From positions 1 to 64,000 of the forward strand of contig JAPEUD010000097.1 of NCBI GenBank assembly GCA_026026165.1: 64,000 nt of DNA, read 5' to 3'. The notes under the pieces are model-generated. The model made no database searches, had not been told where the DNA came from, and saw nothing but the letters and a program-made list of their open reading frames with translations. The stretch is from Sarea resinae. Taxonomy: Eukaryota. Shown here in pieces: positions 53,282 through 64,000 of the stretch (position 1 is the stretch's first letter; each line of letters begins with the position of its first letter). The position numbers were made by a program, and so were the translations under genes.

Positions 53282-55288
53282 TCAATTACCTTGACGACTC
53301 TGACCGTCCCCTGATCCATTTGAACCATGGCCGGGCTCGTCGTCAGGTGTCTCGTGGCGACTGTGCCCATTACGATGCCGCCAGTCTCGAGGGGTTCTCT
53401 GGTAGGGATGAAATCTATTGGTTCGTCGCGCACGTCGAGAGGGGCCATGACCGGCAGTAGGAGGAGCGGAACGGGCACGGGACGCCGGGGCGGACGGTGA
53501 GCGGGTATCTCGTGCCGGACCCATCGTCTGGCTATCATTAGGGGCCTCTCCACGATTCCCAAATCCACTGTCACGGGCTTGATCAAGGAACGGCTGAATG
53601 TCTTCGTCCATTAGTCGGTGCAAGAACTCCTCCGCCTCTTCTTCGGCCGGATTCGCAAAGACGGGCGGGACACCCCAAGCAGCTCGTTGTGCCTCTTCAT
53701 CGAAAGAGCTTTCCTCTTCGTTTGTCTCTCCTTCGCCGCTCGCTTCTGGCACCGCTTGCTCCTCATCATCGCTGCCCAGGCCTCCTACGAACCATTCTGC
53801 GGGGACAGTGCCAGGTTCGGGCGCGGGAGTTCCGGGGTCGACGTAGGATCCTTCGCTGGTGTTTCCAGCTTGGTCGATGCCGTGCCGTTCCCGGAATACG
53901 TCGAATGGGTTCTGTTCTTCGTTAGTCACCAGTCAGGAACAGGTGTCCAGGGCTGGGGTATCATTTACCCTTAATTCCTCTTCTTCTTCTTCTTCTTCTT
54001 CTTCTTCTTCTTCTTCTTCTTCCTCCTCGCCCTCTTCTTCTTCCTCCTCCCCCTCTTCTTCATCGTCGTCACTGTCATCTATTCCTTCATCGTCATCGGA
54101 GCCTCCCATGTCGACTCTGGACCACGGTAGCGCGCCCCCTCTACTCGAATCAATGGGTCCGTCAAGCTGTGCGTGGCCGATGGACGCTGATGAACTATTG
54201 GAGCGTCCGACTTCGGATTCACTAGTCGGCTCTCGAGCTTGCATAACTCTATCGACCGGGTGGACGGAATTGGTGGCTTCGAGACTACCACTTGGCTCAC
54301 GAGGACGGAAGACTGCATCAACCGTACTGACGGAACGGAGGACGGGTCGAGCAACAAAGGCACGACGGGGCGGAAATGGTCCTAGTGCAAGAGCAGCATC
54401 GTCGCCTGATGAGTGAGAGCTGCCTCGACCTAAATTTGGCGGATGAGTGACAACGGTGCCGGATTCTGCGTCAGCCTCGTCGAAGCCATTAGGAACTCCA
54501 TCAACAGACTCCTCGTCATGGTTCGCAGCTGCATCAACTCTCTCGCCAGCATCTTGCGGTCGAAAGACCTCCTCGGCCGTCGACACGGAACGCAGCACGG
54601 CTCGATTGTCGGGGTTACGACGAGGGAGTCGGTCGAATCTGTTGATGTGCGGCAAAGAACTCGATCGGGCCGGCCATCCACCTATTCCATTGATTTCGCC
54701 GCCGACGCCGTGGACTCGCCCTCTCGCAGCTTCTCCTTCTTGACCTTGCCCGAGGCCCACGACGCGAGCAGTAAGTATTTCAACGTCGTTGTCGCTCTCG
54801 TCTGCGGAGGAGTCCTCGAAGACGGGCTCGTGGAGGCTGCGGCCGCTGGCAGTGACTTCTTCCCTGAACGACCGTAGATCCCTGGGGGTTCTGTTGCGCC
54901 GGGGGGTCCCACTCTCGTCGGACGGTGTCTCTGCCGAGCCGTCGAGGCCAGGGGGATGAGTGGTCTCTGTCTTTTGGTCGCCGTCAGAGGCAGAGGCCGA
55001 GTTGGACACTGCAGCGGAAGAAGCACCAACATGAGCACTGCTACCACCTTGCGCGAGGCCAGTACTAGGATCAGGACCAGTATTATCTTGGATGCTGGTC
55101 TCTGTTTCCGCTAGATACTGGACCCACAGCTTTTCTCGCTCATGTCTCAGCACGCCGAGGGCCGCCTCGATGGCTTCTGTCGAGGGCTGGGATGATAGCG
55201 TTACGATGGCGGTGTTGATATGGCCAAGGGACGCGACTAGGGCAGCTGTAGAGCCTGGAGGATTGGTAGCGGACTGACGTTGAGACAT
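53282..55288 (-). CDS. Orphan acidic, disordered protein, 2 exons (~650 aa)
   Basis: Intron ~53970-53912 (GTAAAT..GACTAAC..CAG) joins two ORFs in frame (ELR|NPFD); internal duplicated peptide with synonymous divergence; poly-E tract. Confidence 0.75.
53981..54022. repeat. (TTC)14, encoding poly-Glu on the minus strand
   Basis: Direct reading. Confidence 0.95.
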
Positions 55289-55573
55289 CTTCGCGATTGA
55301 AACTAAGAGATGGTGGGTGATTTTAGATCGAATGATTGTAATGAAGCGTGAGGGCTTCAGTTACGTGTTGGCAAAGTGGGAGAGAGAAAGGGGAACGAGC
55401 AGGAGAAAGGCGAAAGGGAAGAAAGATAACAAGAACAAGAAAAGGAACGAGAGTGAGTGGAAACCAAAAAGGAAACGACAAGCACTCACCAACAACAATA
55501 ATAATCCGTTAGCCGGAAAATGGACTTGCTTCTATCCCGAAAGAAGGAGATAGATAACCGGGCGGATGGACTG

Positions 55574-56062
55574 CTAGATCAGTCAGTCAATCAGAACAAC
55601 ACTTGACTGGCTCTATCTAGCTCGATAGACGGTGATCTAGTCTGATGGCGTGAGATCTTGAGCTTCACTGAAAGCCTTGATGATTCGTGAAGGGATCTCG
55701 ATCGAGATACTCTCTTGGAGGGGAAGTGTCTTGAAGACGCGAAATGAAAACAGGAGTCGTGAGAAACAACGTCGATGCGATGGATTGGAACGACACGAGT
55801 CGACGCGATACTAGCTAGCTCTTTGGCTGGACGGCTAGTATCCCTTGAGGGAGGAGAAATGATGGAAGGTAGAAGGTGGATGAGAAAAGAGATGATGAAA
55901 AGAGCTTGGGTCAGCGTGCCTTGGATTTTGACCTCAGCCCTCACACCTCAACGAGAAGAAGTCAACCAGGCAGGCTGGCATTGGAAGATGCCAGGAATCA
56001 ACAGAGCGAGATTCAAAAGACCTTTGTCTCTCAAGATCAGAAGGAAATGAAGTCTGACTTAC
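55574..56062 (-). other. Putative 489-nt 5'UTR intron of the 55288 orphan gene
   Basis: GTAAGT donor at 56062, CTGAC branch 55586-55582, TAGCAG acceptor 55576-55571. Confidence 0.5.
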
Positions 56063-57045
56063 TGACGAAGAAAGTAGCTGAATCGATGGCTGGTTATGAT
56101 GGATGATGATGATTCTGGTGGTTGGTTACGTGTTGATGAGATTGAGTCAGGAAGATGCGTATAACCGATCAAGAGAAGATGAAGAGAAGAACTTCTTTCT
56201 TTGTGGGCTCCAGGGTACAAGAAAAGTCGCTCTCTTAACGCAGCAGGCCGCAAACACCACAGCGGCAGGCTGCGGCGAAAGGGGCGAGGCGTACAGACCA
56301 CGACGGCGATTCCGCGAGACCAGTGAACACCGGGACGAGGCGGACAGATAGCCGGATGGATGGACGTTGTGGTCTCGAGCGAGAGCCAAAAAACCGAGCC
56401 CTGAATGAATGAATCGATAATCGTGATCACGACATAGATATGAGAAGCTCTCCGATGAAAGGGGGTTAGGCAATGATGTGGATGGGACAGCCGAGGGCAA
56501 ATGTTGCGATGGTGATGGTGGTGGGAAAAGGGGTAACCACAAAAGCGACGCATAGGTAGCCTTCTTCAGTTTCGCATCTCATATCGATGAAACTCGACCG
56601 GCATAACCAAGATATCCGTTTCTGCCATCATGACAACCATTTTTCTTTTGTATGTGCGTGTGCAGAGAGAGAACTAGCAAAGGAGATGGACTTAGGAAGG
56701 AAAAGATTCTTATCAGCAGCAAAGACCTTTGCCGCGGGTAGAAACAGACTCATCCTATCTCATAGAACAAGCATATCCATCTCTCCTGCAAGATTAAAGA
56801 CAAAAGAATAAACATCACAAGTCCGTTGCACCAGCCAAGAAAACGAACGGCAAATCTCGTGATCATACACTTGAATTAGCTCTCCATCCTCGGAGCAAGG
56901 TATATATATACAATGATGACATAAAGACGACAAGAGAGCGAGAACTTGCAAAGATAGCTAGTTCAAGCTGCTAATAGAATAGGAAGCTCGTGACTTCTTC
57001 GAGACTTCGCTCCATGCCATTCCCAAACGCCCAAAGACCCCCTTT

Positions 57046-60000
57046 CTACTTCTTCCCTCTCCCCCGAGGGGCGGCCTTCTTCCCCGCCGCCGCTCCTCTA
57101 CCCCGTCCCTTCTTCGGCTTGACATCTTCACTGTCGTCATCGTCCGACTGTTCCTCGTCACTTTCCGTCTTAGAAGCCTTACCCTTTTTCTTACCGGCGG
57201 CAGCAGCCTTCTTGGGAGCAGCTTTCTTCTTCGGTACCTTGACGTACTTGTCTTTCGAAAGGTCGAGCTCTTCTTCCTCCTCCTGCTTAATGCTCTTGTC
57301 GGCAGAGGGATCCTCGGCCTCCTCTTCAGACTCTTCGATCGCTTCCTCGAGGTCTGGTTTCTCCTTAGCCATCTTCTTCGGAGCAACGACACTGCTTGCT
57401 TTCATGAATGGAAGCGGATGGGACATTTGGTTGTAACTGTTTCGACGATTCATCAGTATCTTGAGAGCTACGATTGGGCGTCATATACTCACATTCGAGT
57501 AAAGGTGGCTTTCGCTTGAGAATCGATCTTCACCTTTCCCGTGTCCATGGGGCCGAGCCCGAGCTCCTGAATAGCATCATAGTCATCCTTGGTCAAGAAG
57601 TAACTATCCATCAACTGAATGACGTCCGGAACAGCTTCCTTGCCTTCAACTTGCATTTTGTTCACAAGCTGGAGCCAAAGCGTAGGAAGATATTGCTGAC
57701 GGATCTCGTGGCGATCGGCCGAAGAGCGGAGACGCATGTGACCTTGGATCTCTTTCACAAATCGAGCCAATTTGCCTAGGTAATGTTAATATACCGTCAA
57801 GAAAATCGTGTACAATGTGCCGACTTGCCTTGTTTACTATTGTTACCTAGCCATTTGGTGAACTCCACTTGACCGTGACCGGCAAGAGATCCGGAAACAT
57901 AACTGGAAGGCCTAACAGTACTGAAGACAGCATGCGTTGGCATGAGTCCCCATTGCTGCTGTGAGCCATGAATCATTCGATCAACCAAGTCTCCATCGCT
58001 GATACTCTCAGCTGCCTTATCGGCCAGCTCAAGTGCCTTGAGGTTTTTCTCTCTTCCCGAGTATCGGTTCGCCAGGGTCGGACTGGGCTTCAGATAGTTC
58101 TCTTGAATCATCAGAGGAGTAATTTCGTGATCGTTGAAGTAGAGCTCGATCTTGTCGTTTAGGGTAGATGTACTATTTGGAGCAAACATATGACCGCCAA
58201 GTAGCTTTGATGTGATATCCCAAGGCTTGAGGATGACATGCTTCTGCCATGCTTTCGACATGGACTTCCCTTTATCAAAGTCCATTGCTTCTTCATCAAG
58301 CTTCGCAGTTGAGATCATGTTGATAATTTGTCGGATATCGGCATGGCTTCCTTCGATAAGAGCATCAATGACAGCACCGGGTATCTTAAGACCCTCCCGA
58401 TAGCAGATCGTCATGATACGTGCGCGGATATCATTGACAGTTGGCCGTCTGAATGGCATGTCAAACGTGACAAAGTCGAAAGGCCGCATTTTCTGAAGTT
58501 TTCGATCATTACAGATCAAAATCATAGGAATATTGGTCTTCTTGCAGATTGCTGCGAGAGCGCCCACACCACCTCGGTCTCCCGCAGACATCCCGTCAAC
58601 CTCATCCATGATGAGAACCAACTTCTTCTTACTGGCCTCAACATCTTTGCCAACACCTGCAAAGTAGCCAAGCAATGACGAAGTGTCCAGAACACCTTTC
58701 AGACCGGACTCAACTAATTTTTTGCTGCGGGTGTCGCTGGCATTGCTCTCGACCACGTCATATCCTTCCAATCGAGCAACGAGATGAGCAGCGGTCGTCT
58801 TACCAATGCCCGGCGGCCCAGAGATGATGACAGCTCGATAGAGTCCTGTCCCTTCGGGTCCAGGTTTTTTGAATTGAGATTTTGAGTTGTAGTGCCACTT
58901 ATGGAGCCATCGCTGTAACCTCTCGACCTGGGTTTTGTTTCCACAGATGTGTGTAGTAGATGAAGGAGCATATTTCACAGTCCAGAGTCGACTGTCTGTT
59001 TTGAGTTGCGAGGCTTTGCCCACTGCAGGCTTCGCCGCTCCACTTCCCGCACCACCTGCACCACCGGTTCTGCGATCTTCCTTTTCCATCTCTGCAGCCA
59101 TCTGCTTGACTTTCTCAGCCTCCTTTGCCTGCTTTTCGGCATGCTTCTCAGCAGCTACACCGGAACCGCCGTTTGCTGGCAACTTTTTGATTAGTTCAAA
59201 TAGGCCCTCCTCGTTAATAGTCTTTATGTTATTTTTCCGAATCGTTTCCAGCTTTTTCGGCCCTGCCTCGCTACCAAGTACAACATAACTAGTCTTCGTG
59301 CTGGGGGCCGTAGTGACTTTTCCGCCATACCGCTTGACGAGTTCTTGCCCTTCGTCCCGACTGAGAGCCTCTAGAAGACCGGTGAAGACGAATGTGAGCC
59401 CGGCAAGACAATTCTCAGCCCCAGTAGGCATCTCAACCGACCCAGCAGCTGGAGCGGGCTGTCCACGGCTTTGAGCATGATCACGATAATTGAACTTCTT
59501 TGGCTCTCCAGACTGCTGCGGTGGCGTTGGAGGGCGCACGGTCGGAATGCTATCGAGTATTTCCTGCATTTCCTTGCTCTCTGTAACCGGCTCCTTCTTT
59601 TTAGGAGTAGCACGAGCCTTTTTAGCGGGTGGATCTTGCGGAGGCTTTGCGCTTGCGCCCTTTGGCTTTGTGGATGAGACGACGGGAGGATCTTCTTCAT
59701 CTTCGACATCAATCGATTTGCGCTTTCTCCCCCTATTTGCAGTCGTTGCATTGCGATGTTTTGCAGGCTTATCCTCGATAATTTCTTCATCGTCATCTGG
59801 CACGATAAACACGTCATCTGGATCCGTGTCTTTCATATCGATATCCCCATCTTCCGCAGCCTCCTTTTCATTCGGTAAAATAGAAGTCTGCTTTCCACGG
59901 CCTCCAGAGCGTCGTCGTGGTAGCACATCTTCCTCCTGGTCCTCGTCTTCTTCATAATCATCTCCAAAACCTTTGCCGCGCTTCTTAAAGTCTGCAGTGA

Positions 60001-60705
60001 ACACGTCGTCGCCGTCGTCCTTGTCGTCGAGAAAGGCGTCGTCGTCTTCATCATCGTACTCGGCATAACTGGTTGTAGGTTTCTTTTGTCGGGTTGAAGT
60101 GGCACGACCCTTGACGGATGCTTTTGCTGGCGATCCGCCGTTTGTCTTAGTGGATCTTGCGCTAATATTCTTGGGTGAAGCGGTCGGTGTTGCTTCTTTC
60201 TTAGCTGCATCTGCCCTTGTTGTAGAGGATCGATTCGGCTTTTTTTTGCTTGATGCAAAGTATGCGGAAGTGGTGACAGCTTCACCTTTTGGAGATTCTT
60301 TCCCTCTAGAGATAGGATTGTATTAGGATAGTCTATCGGGAGAAGTATGCTCAGCTGATCTTACGCTTTCGTTCTCGGTGTTGGCTTCTTTGGAGTAGTC
60401 TTTTTCGATCTGAGATTCCATTAGATTTGGACCGCGAGTATCTGATATTCCACTGACACTTCTTGAACATCATCGTCGCTGTCCTCAACGACCCGCCGAG
60501 AACCTCTGGTTTTTTTGTTCGCTGTGGAGCTCTGTATTCAAGAATCATGAGGTCAGCCTTGTCAGGATCAATCAAAGACATAGAAGTTGAAGATTTTCAT
60601 GCTCGAATAACTCACATCCGCTTTCTTTGCTGGAGTCTTCTCCTGGCTCGACTGTGTGCTCGAGGCAGGTTTCCCGCCAAAGAAACTCCTAATATCAGGA
60701 GGCAT
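57046..60705 (-). CDS. RFC1: Replication factor C large subunit
   Basis: MPPDIRSFFGG start, BRCT (CLAGLTFVFTG), LWTVKYAP, Walker A GPPGIGKT, Walker B LIMDEVDGM, RFC1 C-terminal domain; four introns. Confidence 0.96.
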
Positions 60706-60848
60706 TTTGAAGGCTTAGAACTCTGTTATCTTTACTTGATGATGGACGGATCCAAACAATAAAGAAAGAAAAGAAATGAGGTTGTTGCTGCCTAGTCCTC
60801 GTAAAACAGCGTGCATGGTCGTAGGCACTTCCGACTTCACACGAGAAG

Positions 60849-60898
60849 ACGCGACGATGATGTTAATGACAATTAGCATCCACACGCGCCCCTCGCGT
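60849..60898. promoter_or_regulatory. Cluster of three ACGCG (MCB-like) cores upstream of RFC1
   Basis: ACGCGA 60849, ACGCGC 60884, TCGCGT 60893, 145-195 bp upstream of the RFC1 ATG. Confidence 0.55.
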
Positions 60899-61100
60899 GC
60901 CGTACGAACTCCCATCCAGCGTCTACGGTGACCGGGCGGTGACCACAAAATTATTGCACTTGTCTACGGCCGACCCGACGGAAATAGCCGCATCAATATC
61001 GAGTCTCTATCAATCTCCAACCTCCAAATCAATCCTCAAAACCTCAAATTCCGCCGTCGCCACGAGCCTCAATTCATTAGGCTCCCGGCATCCGCCCAAC

Positions 61101-61940
61101 ATGAAGTCCTTCCTACCATGCTCCCCGGGGGGAATCATACCCCGCCTCTCGACCTTCTCCCTCTCCCGCACAGCAACCTCAATCAGTAAGCTGAGCCGTC
61201 TTCTCCTTCACAGACAGCTCAAATTAACCAGTCCAAGGTCCTCTTCAATCCGCCCGCGCATTCACGACCACCCCGCACCAACTCTCCTGGCTTCAACCCA
61301 AAGCCGGAGAGGAGAAGAAATCGCGAAAAGGCCGTCCGCGCGTGCCAATCGGTGGCTCAACGCGCGGCACCACTGTCGTCTGGGGCGACTACGGTCTGCG
61401 AATGCGGGACCACGACCGCCGCATTTCAGCCGCCCAACTTCGAAATGGCGAGGAAGCCATCAAGAAGCGCCTGCGAGGTATGAAGTTTCGGTTGTATATG
61501 CGGATAAGCGCCAACATCGGCGTGTATACGAGTGGAAACGAGAGCCGTATGGGTAAGGGAAAGGGCAGTTTCGATTACTGGGCGTCCAGGGTGGCTGTTA
61601 GTAAGATCATTTTTGAATTGAAGGGGGAGGTGCATGAGCAGGTTGCTCGGGATGCATTTAGGTTGGCTGCTAATAAGATGCCTGGTATGTTTTGGTCCCT
61701 AAATTCTGTGTTTCGTCTCACAGGACTCCCTCTTTTTTCGAATTTTCTTTGCCGAATTGATATATGGAATATCTAACGAATGCAACAGGACTCTACGAGT
61801 TCGTCAAGAAGGGCGATCCAGCCGTCATGGGCATCACGAAATTGAGTGACGGGATCACGGAAGAAGATCTACGACGTCCAAGACGAAAACTCCCCCTAGA
61901 GCAGACGGCGCAGCGATTACCGGGCACGACACCAGCTTAG
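61101..61940 (+). CDS. MRPL16: Mitochondrial ribosomal protein uL16m
   Basis: RKGRPRVPIGGSTRGTTVVWGDYGLR, RMGKGKGSFDYWASRV, AFRLAANKMPGLYEFV; two introns. Confidence 0.95.
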
Positions 61941-63167
61941 GACGATCATTCTGCTTGTACATCCTACTGCGTTCCCAGTTGATCATGTCTTTTCGGTTCA
62001 AATCCTGTATCATAGAAACGGCTCGAGACGGCTAGCTATTGCATCAATTCGTCATCGTTCGTGCATCTGCTCGTTCAGGTCTATCTCCCAAACTCAATGA
62101 CACTTTTAGATTATCATAAACACCCCTCACGCACCGATATCGCGATCCATATCCTCCTTGCCACCATACCCCTGTGCCGACCGACTCTTCGCCGCCTCCT
62201 TATCACTCGTACCTCCGGACGAGCCCGCAGAATTTACTAGACCCAAACAAACACCCATTAGTACCATGTCCACCGAACCGCTTTTACGGCATCGATTCCT
62301 TTGTTGGTGGCGGAGAGATGGAAAGACTAACAGCCTGCATCCAAATTTGTCATGCCACCCATGCCGGACTCGGAGACAGCCTGTCCGTATCTGATATTCT
62401 CAGCCGTCTTCTCGCCCCTCTGGGGATCATCTTGCTTGAGTTGCTCCGGGCTGCTTGTCGTATCGTTCGATGCTGTATCTGCTTCTGTTTGGCGCCGATA
62501 GCAAAGCCATGTCAGCACATACTGGAATATCGCTACGTCATGATGGATTGCAGAGAGAGGCATCGCCGGGATGGTTTAAGAGCTGCATACTTCCCATCGT
62601 GCCCTCTTGCTTCGCGGGCTCCTCGGTGACTGTTTTTATGGACTCGTATCTATGTGTCGTAAGCGGCTTATGCGAACGCGTTCCTGAAGCCGTAGGTGGA
62701 CAGCGGGGAGGAAGGCGTACTGCGTATTTTGGCCTCCAGGGGAGGTTTCCATTAGGTTTGAGGACATGCTGACGGTTGGGTTGAAAGAGGTAATTGACCG
62801 GAGATGAACAGTATGCTTTGGTGCGATATCAGGAATATAAATGAAGTAGATCAAAAGAGCACGTCAATTACGGACAGTGTTGTGCGTGAATTTATGAACT
62901 GGAGTTGTGGCAGGTTGTTGTCGCACGAAGTCGTGAAGCTGAGCTGCCGGGCTGGGGAATTGTGGGATGACGTCAGGCTCAATCGAAATGTCTCCAGGGA
63001 CGAGGGCCGCCTCAACAAACATCCATTATAGGCTTTGCATGGTTCAACATTATGGAAGCAAAGTCTGGTAGATTAAGATAAACGCTAAGCGCTCATGATC
63101 TGAAAAAGCAAAACGCCTGCTAAGACCTGATGCGCCCTGAAATGCCCCTTTGACTACTTGATAAGCT

Positions 63168-64000
63168 CTAGAAATCCATGCCCATCAGATAGCTATATGG
63201 TTTTAGCAGATGCCGCAAATTGCTGAACAGACTCTAGGGCGGCTTACCTTTCTAGTATTCTCATGAATTTCGCGACGAATGCCTCCAGATGAAAGATGGC
63301 CTTCTATAGACGGAAGAATTCGTGAGCGGACTGACTCGGACAACATGAGAAACACGGAGCGACCAAATGGTTGACTTACGCTGCCCGTCCGTATCCGGTG
63401 CTCGTAGTAAGCAGACCATCTAATTACATCCGCCTTGAGAGCATCGTCGATTTTAGGTATTAGCTTGAAAGTTAGGGTCTTATAGCCATTAGCAACATTT
63501 CTCGTCCGCCTGTGCGAGCTCCATACCTTCAATATCGTTGTTGGTGGTATACAGTGGGTAAGCAGATCATACAGCTTTGCCCTGACTTGCAGAATGCGCG
63601 CCGGCGAATGCTCTGCCATGATCTCATCTGCCACTTGACCTATCAGGGCTTCCCAGTCGGGCGGAGGGATAGGAGTGTTGTCGGTGATTTTCTCGCTGCC
63701 GCGTTTTGTATTAGCAACCAAACATCCGCGTAGATTGAGCCGACTCAAATCTTACTTCTGTGCATGCACCGCCTCATACATCAACAATGCTCTTCTGAGA
63801 TTCCTCCCACTCTCTTTTGCAATCCTCTTGTTCAATCCTGTAACTTCGTTCCATCCTTCCTTCCCACCCACTTTCTTCAGAACCTGACAGATATCGGCCT
63901 CGGTGGGCGCCGCAACCCTAACTAGAAGTGTTCGGGATCTGATTGGCGCGATGATATTGGCCGTACTGTTGGCTAGCAGTATCAATCTCAGATTGGGACT
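63168..64000 (-). CDS. RFC5: Replication factor C small subunit (yeast Rfc5 / human RFC3), 5' part outside window
   Basis: IIAPIRSRTLLVRV, GRNLRRALLM, PPPDWE, VRAKLYDLLTHCIP, KAIFHLEAFVAKFM; four introns visible. Confidence 0.93.

Noticed and set aside
55643..55745. Hammerhead-like CTGATG...CGAAA flanking GCGT/ACGC
   Set aside because: Lacks conserved A9, and I found no stem I/III with an NUH site.
56463..56470. CCTAACCC on minus as a telomerase RNA template
   Set aside because: An 8-nt match is expected several times by chance, it is on the less structured strand, and I saw no pseudoknot or CR4/5; not excluded if the telomere repeat is a variant.
62174..62629. 151-aa ORF between MRPL16 and RFC5
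   Set aside because: Non-ATG start, no recognisable domain or supporting splice structure.

Overview
Gene-dense, intron-rich nuclear DNA from a filamentous ascomycete (Pezizomycotina-type GT-AG introns with CTRAC branch sites; species not determinable). About 20 protein genes can be supported: PSP1-like, hypothetical, RPL15, Hul4-like HECT E3, RPS10, SDE2, a Ras-like/RasGEF fusion, hypothetical, GH63/YMR196W-like glucosidase, ATP5 (OSCP), MOB1, RGP1, RRG9, DUF2236/MpaB-like, WDR62/MAPKBP1-like WD40, two orphan low-complexity ORFs, RFC1, MRPL16 and a partial RFC5. I recognised no tRNA, rRNA, CRISPR or intact transposon. The most unusual part is the ~6.4 kb orphan locus at ~50.2-56.6 kb. Its minus strand carries spliced orphan ORFs, while the whole span is packed with nested helices whose G-U pairs mostly favour the plus strand. 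It includes a perfect 20-bp hairpin that buries a consensus 5' splice site. All structures were read by eye and need folding statistics and stranded RNA-seq.
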